Positions 39,214-49,815 of a stretch of 64,000 bases of DNA are shown piece after piece. The position numbers and the translations under genes are program-made. The notes under the pieces were generated by a model. The model was not told the DNA's origin, did no database searches, and was given only the letters and a program-made list of their open reading frames with translations. This DNA comes from Batkoa obscura. Lineage: Eukaryota. The stretch is taken from positions 310,001-374,000 of the forward strand of contig JASVEC010000029.1 in NCBI GenBank assembly GCA_030770535.1. The letters are read 5' to 3'. The stretch's first letter is position 1. Each line of letters begins with the position of its first letter.

Positions 39214-39436
39214 CCTTTACAGTTATTTAACTTTAAATATGCAGTATTTTCTATTAAATTAATTTAAACATGGGTTAGGCATTTTCAATTTTGTATTTGT
39301 TAAATAGAAAAATAGAAAAATAGAAAAACAGAAAAACCATCAACAATAAACAGCTATAAATTCAAAATGTCCAATCCATGTTTAAATTAATTTAATAGAA
39401 AATACTGCACGTTTAAAATTAAATAGCTGTAAAAGG
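39214..39436. mobile_element. Foldback/MITE-like element with ~80-bp inverted repeats
   Basis: cctttacagttatttaactttaaatatgcagtattttctattaaattaatttaaacatgg... is mirrored by ...ccatgtttaaattaatttaatagaaaatactgcacgtttaaaattaaatagctgtaaaagg. The core is (tagaaaaa)n. Confidence 0.75.
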
Positions 39437-39679
39437 CTATTTAAAGTTTATTTATTTTACGGCTGTTAAATCTAAAAGTGTACTTAAAATCCTATATTGA
39501 AAAAAGGTTCACTGCCATTAAAATATTTTCTAAAACAGATAGATAGTAAAGAACATCATAAGTATAAACATGGAAATTAATAAAAAGGTTAAAAAAAACC
39601 CGATATAGTGATACTTTACATCAAGGCATTTTATAATAAACAATGAATTTATTTTTCTTATGCAACCTTAAATATTAGA

Positions 39680-40510
39680 CTAATAAGAGCTATCACTATT
39701 ACGAATAGGCAAATTATTGATGATTGCATTAATCATCTTCTCATCTCCATCCTTATTTCTATTACGATAGGATCTAGACATTTCAATATGAATACCACCA
39801 CCATTTCTATTTGCCACATTCTTTTCATGAATTCCAGCCAATTCATCAATATCATCAACTTTACGATTGTCATTTACATAATAACAGTAAGGTGCATTGC
39901 CTCTATACTTGCAATAAACTACTTTATTTTTATTACCAATAGAATTTTGAATATCTCCAGCAACCTTTTGGATGTCATCATAACGACCTCCAACAATCAC
40001 TTGAATATCACCTCTTTCGGCAAACCCATGCCATGAAACAATAAACTTTGATTTAATAAGATTTGAAAATTTCTTAGAATCAAAAACAGTGGAAGTAACA
40101 TGCATTGCGTTTGGATGGCAAACTTGCTTTTTTGTGCATTCTTCTCTGCTATCTTTACATTGAGCTTTATCAAAATTTCCATTGTTGTCACCATCGATCT
40201 TTTTACAACAAATAGTTTTATAACAATTATTGGTTTCAATTCCATTGCTCATTTTCTCGTCTATACTACAATTGAAATTATAAAAAGCTGCATTATCAAG
40301 GCTGTCATATAACTTTTTCGCAAAGTTATCAGAATATTTTTCAATCGTACCACCATGGATTGCAATTGATGCTATATTTGGTCGTCTAGAGTTTCTATCA
40401 ACAACCTCTTTTACAGCGTCAGGATTTGCTTTCATGGCATCATTGGTGCTGGTATAAAAATCAGCTGCAAAAACAGATGATAAGAGTAAGGATAATTGGA
40501 ATACTTTCAT
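39680..40510 (-). CDS. Secreted poly-gamma-glutamate hydrolase-like protein (PghP/DUF867 family)
   Basis: Signal peptide MKVFQLSLLLSSVFA, then IAIHGGTIE, HVTSTVFD, VSWHG, VIVGGR, LAGIHEKNVANRN and GIHIEMSRSYR. No introns. Confidence 0.82.
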   Translation of the reverse strand: MKVFQLSLLLSSVFAADFYTSTNDAMKANPDAVKEVVDRNSRRPNIASIAIHGGTIEKYSDNFAKKLYDSLDNAAFYNFNCSIDEKMSNGIETNNCYKTICCKKIDGDNNGNFDKAQCKDSREECTKKQVCHPNAMHVTSTVFDSKKFSNLIKSKFIVSWHGFAERGDIQVIVGGRYDDIQKVAGDIQNSIGNKNKVVYCKYRGNAPYCYYVNDNRKVDDIDELAGIHEKNVANRNGGGIHIEMSRSYRNRNKDGDEKMINAIINNLPIRNSDSSY

Positions 40511-42154
40511 TTTCTAATATTTTTAATTCAGTAATAGTTTATATTTCTACTTTTTATACTTGGTTTTTTACTCATCATGATATTGCTGGCTATGCTAAAT
40601 TGGATAAACATGGAAGCATTTAAAGCCCAATGAAATATTAATAAGATTTTACTCTAATTTTAAAAGCTAAAAATAAATCTGGCTATCCTAACTATAATAT
40701 TAAAGAACTAAGGTAGTTTTTACATAATTTTAAAAAGTTAAAAATACTTTTTATTATTATTTGTTATTCACTAACATTTAATCTCCTATAATAAAAATTA
40801 TGATTTAGTAGATTTAATTACTTTAGTAGTATACGAGATGTTGTTTTAATGTTTTAACTACTAAAAAGTAGCTCAAAGTTTAAGAATTCTTTTATAAAAA
40901 TAAACAAAAATATATGCCCATAAATAGTTTAATTTTACAAGCTTATTTTTTATTTCTTACGATTTTTAGTTAAAATTTATAACAATGTTCAACAAAACAG
41001 AATGGTTTAATAAAATATTATCAGAAATAAAGGAAGATGGATTAAGTAAATTTAAAATAAATATGGAATATAAAATAAATTAACGATTAAACAATAGAAG
41101 ATGAATCTTTTATGTCTTTATTTACAATATTCCATATCAATAAAGTTATAAATTCTCTTAATTTGATTGATGAAGGAAATGGTAATATTCTAGCCCTTTT
41201 ATAATAGTTTTAGTTTTATTATCCATTAAGTTATTGTATTACCCAATTCACATCCATTTTCATATGAGGTAAATCAACTACACTACCTATAATTATTAAT
41301 GATTATAAAGTTTAATGATAAAAATGCCAAGATCTATTGTAGATTAAAACCAAAATGTTATTGTACTTGTGTTGAGTTTTATCAGCTAGGTAAAGCTAGA
41401 TCATTTATAAGCAACTTTTTCTGACTTACTTTATAAAAAGCTATTTATAGTTCCGATATTAAAGTGGTAAAGATATTGGATTTTAACTCATTTTAACTTA
41501 TTTATTTCTATAGTGTCATCATTTGCTTGCTGTTAATTTACTTAAAGCAATCATGGAATCTGGGAAAGAAAATAGTATCCAAGTCAATGATAAGTCGAAA
41601 GATAAACTCACATTTAATGATTGTCATTTTCTTTATCTAAACATTTAAAATTTCCTGCTACCACCAGCATCGTATTTTGGGTTATTGCATGCGATTAAAG
41701 ATTATTTTCAGGAAGATAAGGAGTTAATTTCATAGTTAATAGGTTTAATCTGAAAGTGATTGAAAATAGTATAAAAGTAATGTGATATTACTTAACCAAG
41801 TAATTGTGATTGCTTTTTTGCTTTATCATTTTATCCATTTTTATACAATATTAAATAAAAAATCATTAGCTGAATACTGAAATAAAAAAGATCTAAGTAC
41901 ATTATTATTAACCGTATCTGGCCTTTATCAAGTTAACATAGATTTCAGTTTTTATCATTCATTTAAATTTTGATGCTATAGAAATTCACTAAATAAATTA
42001 AATTTATGATATATTACAATTGATATAATTATGGAAAGATAGTTAAATCATAATGAATTTTATTCAATTATAATACAAATACAAAATTATCACTACATTC
42101 CTCAGAAAAATAGGTATTTGTAGGTATTGACGTATATATCTACATGTTTTAGAA

Positions 42155-43319
42155 TCATTGTTCTTTTAAATATAATTCCATACCATTTCCCCATCGTAAT
42201 TGCTCCTCCCTATCATCAAAATGGATCACTACAAAGGAACATTTCACCCATTCTATAGCAGCATAAATATCTTTGTTCCATTTAGTAATTCTAAATGTAT
42301 TTTTATTAGTAATATGGAATTGAAGACGCTCTTCCAACTTAGGCAAGTCAGCTGTTGATTCAATTGATTTCTCTTCGTCCTCAGATGTATACAGATATTA
42401 ATCCCCATGTTTAATATAAATAACATCATTTTTTATTTCACAAGTGACTTCAAGATCTACGCCATTTGTATATCCAAAAAGCCCATTGTCAAAAATATCA
42501 ATGGCATCGTGTTCATAGTAGTCTTCATAATCGTTATTATTGTGTTTACCTTTGTTGTCACTAATATGGACCTTTTCTCTATACAATTTTAAAGCATACT
42601 TTTTATTTTCCTGAATTTATTCCCATTAATATCAATTAGGCTAAAGTTTGATATTCTCTTAACTTTAGGTCTTTTATTGGATAACTCTTTATCTTCTTGG
42701 ATCAATTTATCAATATTGTTAATATCTTCAACAATCATTCCAATAACTCTTAACTTAATACTTGCGCTATATTTATAATTCATTGTTACATCATGTGTGT
42801 TAAAACATTGGTACTTTTTGTCACCCAAATAAACGATAAAGAAGTGAGCTAGAACATTTTTTGATTTAGTAATATCAGCAAACTTGCCAATATCTATGAC
42901 TTTATAGTATTCAACAACAGTATTAGTTTCAGTTAAGTTTGGCATAATAAAATCATTTTCCCTCATAAACAACACATATGGAATGCTTTGTTGGTTACTA
43001 TATCGTTGATAAGGCATAAGCTACCAAATAGATAATGATATATATTGTCCTTTTTTAAGTAATCATAGTAAACATTAAACCCAATCCCACTATCCATCAC
43101 TAGATTCCTACAGTTATAATTGCATTTTATCTCTCTTTGATAAATATACATGGAAAAATAATCTTTTCTTAGTACCACAAAAATATCTTCGTTTCTCTTC
43201 TCAATTTCAACATCAATATCGGTTACCTTCGTAAATTCACATTTTTTATCAATCAGACACTTATCAATAATACTGATATCAACTTCAGAATAAAGCACAA
43301 TCACTCCCATTCCAGCCAT
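42155..43319 (-). pseudogene. Intronless ~390-codon gene of unknown family, broken by two frameshifts and one stop
   Basis: Four consecutive minus-strand ORFs with globular composition overlap or abut. The last two share a frame across a single TAA. Confidence 0.6.
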
Positions 43320-43818
43320 TTTATTCTATTATAAACTTAAATAAAAGAGAATAGCTAATTTTGATTTATATAGTGGTATGAACCATAATATCATTTTAAA
43401 AATCATTTACCATTTATGTCAATGTAATTTGATTATAAAAGAACATATGTGAATATATTTTTTTCATTATTTTGTCCATATTTTATGGAACATAATATTA
43501 AATAGTTTATAAATTAAACTAAACAGACACTTCTAATGATTAAATTTATAATTTTTTTAAAAAATTAATAAAAAAACAAAATCGTCAAGTTATACTACCA
43601 CAAGAAAGCATTTAAGAAAGTAATAGAGACAAGATCAAACTTACATTCATTTTAAAATTTATAAATATTTTAATTATATTAACCTACTAGATTTGTACAT
43701 CATATAATAAAAATTATTTTCCGATTTAAAATAACAAAAAAGCTATAATCAGAAATCAAAAATATAAGCTTAACTAATAAAACAAGTATATTATTTTAAA
43801 CCATAACAAGATATTTTT

Positions 43819-46739
43819 TTATAGATTTGCAAGTTGTTCTTGTAATTTATGGATCTTTTCAAGGAGAGTCTTATTAATTGAATCTTTTTCTTCGTTTTGC
43901 TCATTGAGTACTTTAATTAATCCCTGTAAAAAAGCAATTAAATTTCATGATAAAAAAACTCTTAACATAAATACTTACATCAAATTGAATAAGTTCATTA
44001 GTTTTAGTTTCAACTTGTTTCTTTAAACCTTCAATTTCCTCATAACGTTCTTTTTCTCTATTTAAAAGCTCCTATAATATTGAAGTTTAATAAACGCTAT
44101 TATAAGTATAATATTCAATCCAATTACCTCACGATTTTTTTGTGAAACCTCAAGTTGATCAACGGTCATACTTAAAGCTTGTTTAGTACCTTGATTTTCT
44201 TTAGTAATAGAATCCAATTGATCTTTAAGTCCAATGGCAGAAACGAGCTCCGTTTTTAATTGCTAGTATAATAAGTCAGAATTTTAACTAGTTAATAAGT
44301 AAATTTACATTAATATTTTCAAGTTCAACTTCATATTTCTTCTCCAATTCTTCATACTTTTTTAAAATTTCGCCTTTTTCAGTTTTAATAGTTTCGATTT
44401 GTTGTTCATTGGTTTTAAGGCTAGCGATTTGTTTTTTTAAAGTCTAAAACTTATAAATATAATTCTGATTAATATATAAATTAACCTTACTTCAATCTCA
44501 TCCTTAAATTTGCTTTCTTCTTTTTTAAGTTCATCTAATTCAAAAGATAACTTTCCTTTTTCAGAATGTAAATTTGTAATTTGAAGTTCATAAGCTTCTT
44601 TAGATTCCTTGAATTTCGTATTTAGTTCCTAAAATTATTAAATATCAGCTTCAAAAGCTAAACCTGAACTACTTACTTCAAGTTCATTTTTACTTTGGGA
44701 AAAGGAATCGGCTTGAGAATGAAGGGATTCAAGTTCAGAAATTAAACTATTTTGTTTAGTTTCTAATTTTTTCTTTTCTTCAGTAATCTTTTGAATATTT
44801 TGTTTAAGTGAACTAATTTCATTTTCAAGACCAAATTTAACATCCTCAATATTCTTTAAATGCTCACTTTGGATATTCTACTTTTTTTAATATACTAAAT
44901 TTAAAATTAATATCTAAATTACTTCAATCTTTTTTTCATATTCCGAAGTTGTAGCTGCTTCTTTATTATTATTTTCTTTGATCGATTCCAATTCTTTTTG
45001 ATGAGTCTCGTTAATTTGCTGAATCTTTTCTTCAGTTTCTTTACTTAATTTCTATAAAACAAATTAATACATGTAAAATCAATCCTAATGACTACTTACG
45101 TTCATAGCATTATGAGCCTCTTCTACTTCATTTTTGCTTTCAGTTAGTTGATTTTTAAGCTCTTCAATTTCATTTTGTAAGCCTTGTTGAGCTTGACCCT
45201 GTTGTTCCTTAGCTTCTTCAAGTGATTTAGTTAACTCTTGAAGTTGATTCTCAAGCTCTTGAATTCTTTGATCTTTTTCGGCAATTAACTCATTATCCTT
45301 TTGACTCTTTTGTTCATTCACCTGGGTAATATCAGCAACCAAAGCCTCCTATATTAGAGTTATAAATGCTCTCAAAAATTTATAAAAATAAACCAACCTT
45401 TTCATCAACCAACTCCTGCTTCTCTTCATTTAACTTAATAATTTGAGCTTCTAAATCGAATCCTTTTTGAGTAAGAGTTTTGATACTAGTTTCTCCTTTT
45501 TGAATCAAAATTTCTTTTTCTTCAATTGTTTCATTTAAAGTTTTACACTAAAAAAATCTAATTAAAACACAACATAATAAATAAACTACTTACCTTTTCA
45601 TCAAGTTTGCTAATTTCCACACGAAGTTTATTTATTTCAATAGCACTAGCGGTGGATGCTTGAGAAGTTGCACCATTGAGCGGAGCTCTAGGTTTAACAC
45701 CAGTTGTGGGTGTAGTACCATTAGCTGCTTTTTTAGATAATTCAGCTGCTACTTTTCTAACTGAAGTAGGTTGAGCAGTAGTAGATGTGGATCTAGAACT
45801 AGTTTTACTTAAACCACTGGAAACTGGCTTAGATGCAGTACTTCTGACCGAAGTAGAAGCCTCAGGTTTAGCTATGTTATCAGAAGAAGCTGCTTTAGTT
45901 GATACTGTCTTTCTCAATGGAGTTGAGCCCTTAGCAGCGCTACTCGGAGTAGCTGTAACAGTAGTTCTTGATGGACGAGTTAATGGAGTTGGGCCTGGTT
46001 TGGTTCCAGAAGTGCTAGCAGTTACTGGCTTTCTCACTCCAGTGGCAGTAGATGCTTTAGATTGTTCTTTTCCTACTGCACTGACTACAGGCTTTCTTAC
46101 TCCAGTGGTAGTAGGTGCTTTACTTATTCCCGAAGTTGTAGGCCTTGCTGTACCTTTGGTAGCAGGTACTTTACTTGGCATTTTACTTGCTCCGGTAGTT
46201 GTTGGTTTCCTCACTCCAGTAGTAGTGGGTGGTTTAATTGGTACTTTACCTGCTCCAGCAACTGATGGTTTTACTGCACTTTTGGTGGCGGGTGATTTAT
46301 TTGGTACCTTCTTTTCCTCAGTAGCTGCAGGTTTATCTTGAAATTTAGACTCTTCTTTATCTTTAGATTCTTTTGTTTCAGTTGGAACAACAGGCTCTTG
46401 CTCGGGCTTTTCCTCTTCTTTAGAAGCTTCTTGTTCGTTTTCAGGGGCTAAAGTCTCATCTTTACTTTCATTCTTTAATTCTTCCTCTTTATCAAAATCC
46501 TCTTTTTTATTTTCATCTTTTGATTCTCCTCCATTATTTAAACCATCCACTTTTTTATCTTCTTTAGCGTCCACATCAATCAGATCTTCTTCATTTTGAT
46601 TTTCACCATTCATTCCATTTTGGGTATTAAAATTATCTTCATTTTTAACCTCATGAATTGGAAAAGAATTTTGATCTTCAGTATCTAGCTTATTTTTATT
46701 ATCAATTAATGGATTACTGCTTGCTAATATATCGGACAT
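43819..46739 (-). CDS. Multi-exon protein with acidic N-terminus, basic Thr/Ser/Pro-rich repeats and long C-terminal coiled coil
   Basis: 393-aa first-exon ORF followed by several short GT-AG introns and heptad-rich exons ending KLQEQLANL*. Confidence 0.75.
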
Positions 46740-47933
46740 CTTTTAAGGGATCGGTAATAAAAATAGTACTATAAAAATTGAAATTTTTTAAATAGGAGTT
46801 TAAACCAATCATCAGGCTTCCCCTTGGATTTTACACGGAGTTTTTTATTGGTTTCAAATTCAATCAGATTCTGAACACGTAGTTTGTTTTTTGAGATTTA
46901 AGCCAATCATTTGGATTTAAAAAAAGCCTTGTTTTTGGTCAATATTATTGTATACTACATATTGTGCACACACTACACTTTTGTAATATTAAATTTCGGC
47001 ATGTTCAAATATTATCAGCTTATTGAACTTTTAAAAAATCCCTTCTTATAAGATAGATCTTTAGTATCGCTATTGATGGAATAAGCCCTTATTCTATTAA
47101 CTGTACTAATAGAAATTTGGTTTAACAATCAAGTTATTAACAAATATCATGAATTTTTTAGAAAAACCAGAATATTATACTATATTATAAGGTCTACAAA
47201 ATTCTTGGGAGCAAATATTAAAATTTAGAAAAAAAACAGCTGTAAAAATAAATAAACAAACGTTTCTTTTGTCATTTTTTTATTGTATTTATAAACCTAA
47301 AATATTCAAAAAATTTATCTAAAAAATAAGTTTCACTTTTCATTTTATTACCAATTCAAAATAAGAGCAACCTTTGCACAAAGTTTATAGAATATTTTGG
47401 CAAACTATTTGTATAAAAAATAACTTTTACTTTAAATAAAGCTATAACAAAAAAGTACTGTAAAATTGTATAAAATTTTATACTATATTAACAACTTTAA
47501 ACTTTATTAAACAGCAGCATAAAAGTACATCCAAGACTATCACTATATGACTTTTGATATTTTTTGGACATCAAAGAGCTTTCATTAGGTTAATTTAAGA
47601 AATCTTTTCAAGTGTGCTAATTTTTTGAAAAAGTCTTTTAATAAATTGTTAAAAAAGTTAAGTTTGATAAATTAAAGAAAACAAATTTCTAATTTTATTC
47701 TGTATTGAAAATAAAGAAACACGTTTTTATTTTTATTTTATATATTTGTATATTTATAGATCTTTTTTTATATTATTGACTATTTTTAACTTTTTTAAAA
47801 ATTGAAATTAAATCCAAAAACTCAAATTTATTCTTGAAATTTCCAAAACTCTCAAGTTGATTTTGTTTTAAAATCCTTTTAAAATCCTTTTCAACTATTC
47901 CTATCATTTCCAACAAACATTACTCAATCTCAA

Positions 47934-48461
47934 ATGCATCAAAACAAAGTGCACTCTTTATATCGTTCATTATTACGATCGGGTCGACAAAGTTTAGGTG
48001 ATAGTAATCGAGGTTTACGTCCAATGAAATTAAAATTACGACAAGGATTTGAAGAAAATAAAACTTTGAATCTAAAAGAAGCACAAGAAAAATTGGAAAG
48101 AGGTAATATCTATAGACTGTGATACTAAACACAGTTATTAATGACAGTTGTATTTAATTAGGTTATAAGACTTTACAATTTTTGAAAGTAGCAGCAGATA
48201 AAGATAGTACCGAACATAGAATCGTTAAATCATTATGTATTATGGAACATTACCAGGAGAGCTATGGTATTAGGTAAAAGAATTATTAGCATTATTTCTA
48301 TTAATTGAAGTTAATACCAACTTTTTTATCATACGTATAGACCACCAGTATTTGGTAAAAAAGTAAGTGAAAGTCGAAAAAAAGCATATAATGAAAACTA
48401 TGATAATTATTTAAGAACGATTGAAATGTTAAATAAAACAGAAGGATTGGCTCTACGTTGA
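47934..48461 (+). CDS. LYR-motif / DUF1763-like small protein; 3 exons
   Basis: VHSLYRSLLRSG, LRQGFEEN, TLQFLKVAADKDSTEHRIVKSL and YLRTIEMLNKTEGLALR*. Confidence 0.7.
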
Positions 48462-48681
48462 TGCGTAGAAAAGAGAGACTATAGAATGCTTTGGAATATA
48501 TAGTGGAATAAATTAATATTTATAGAATATAAAAAATAAAAGTTCAAGTTCTATTGATAGTGCGTTATTTTTATTTTAAAAATATGATTAAAATAAAATA
48601 AAATGAAAAAGTAGACTTTTATTATAAAAACGCATATTTATTTATTACACATAGTTACTAAAAATCACTCAACTCCCAAAC

Positions 48682-49407
48682 TTACAGTCTCGGTTTCAAT
48701 TCTACATTATCATCTAACTCCCCATTTCCAATCTTCTTTATCAATTCAATCAACTCTACCTTAAACTCTTCACTCTCCCCCTCTCCCACTTCCTCATTAG
48801 GCTTCAATTTATACTCCGCAATAAAAGCCAATCTTTTTAATTTTATAGAATAACAATCAACTATTAATTTCATCTCTTCTTTTTTCATTGAAGCTAATTT
48901 TGAGGCTATTATTAACTAATTAAGATAATCAAAAAATCCAATCAATTTGCTTTTATAATAAACAATCTAATTACCTACCTCATCCGGGTACACTACTGCT
49001 GATTTGTAATAAAATTCACAAGATTTCAATTGAAATGGAGAATCTTTATTTAATAAAGAATCAAACTGAAACTCGGTATTAGAGGCAAGGGATTTGATTT
49101 TTTCAATAAAAGCAATGAGACCTAAAAGTTATACAATAGTTAGTTTTTAATATTTACTAATATTAGATAAGAAACATGAAATGGAACTTACCAATTTCTC
49201 CATAATGAGACCACCAGGCGTTATTAATGTGCTGATAAATATCCTATTTACAAATGAGGTTACAAGCTGATTTGGTTAACTTAAAATAAAATTGAATTTT
49301 ACTTGATGTCCCCAATGAACTGGTAGTTGAATTAAGATAGGATGAAATAGTATAGAGTTAGCTATTGGGTCTGGGAAAGTAGATAGTATTGTTAATTTTA
49401 TTGACAT
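48682..49407 (-). CDS. Hot-dog-fold (4HBT-like) acyl-CoA thioesterase, C-terminal PRL; 4 exons
   Basis: LPVHWDIK|DIYQHINNAWWSHYGEIG (D..xHxNN motif), FYYKSAVVYPDE|LIIAS, ending VELKPRL*. Confidence 0.8.
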
Positions 49408-49815
49408 TTTAAATAATGATAAAAATAAAATCAACTTTGAATTTTATTAACTTAATACAAAAACACGTGGTAATTAATAATAATTTACGATTGAAATTGA
49501 AATTAATTACCCTTTATAAAACTAGAATAGCTAGATGAATTATTTTAATCTAAAAAGACATATTAAAGTAGGTCATAAAAATCTAACAATTAGACAATAA
49601 AAGTATAAACTAGAAGCATTTTAAATCTTAATTAAAAACAAGCTTTATTTATTAAAAAAAAGAAATATAAAAAAAAACTTCATTTGACTCATTATAGTTT
49701 TAATTAAGAATAAAACCATAACCCCCATCTTAACACATCAACTACTCGTTCTCTTTTATAAAAAGAAAAACTGAAATATAATCTAATAAATCCCTTATAA
49801 AATCAAACCACAATT

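Noticed and set aside
36720..40510. Bacterial contamination as the source of the hydrolase genes
   Set aside because: The AT content matches the host, the genes lie among host MITEs and between spliced genes, they carry secretion signals, and one copy has decayed in place. Read-level confirmation is still advisable.
40984..41720. Short protein-like fragments (MFNKTEWFNKILSEIKEDG..., MESGKENSIQVND...)
   Set aside because: Too short and interrupted to assign, with no recognisable motif.
45787..46341. 184-aa antisense ORF, and similar antisense ORFs at 4571-6148 and 21071-22063
   Set aside because: They mirror low-complexity or coiled-coil coding sequence on the other strand and have no independent motifs.
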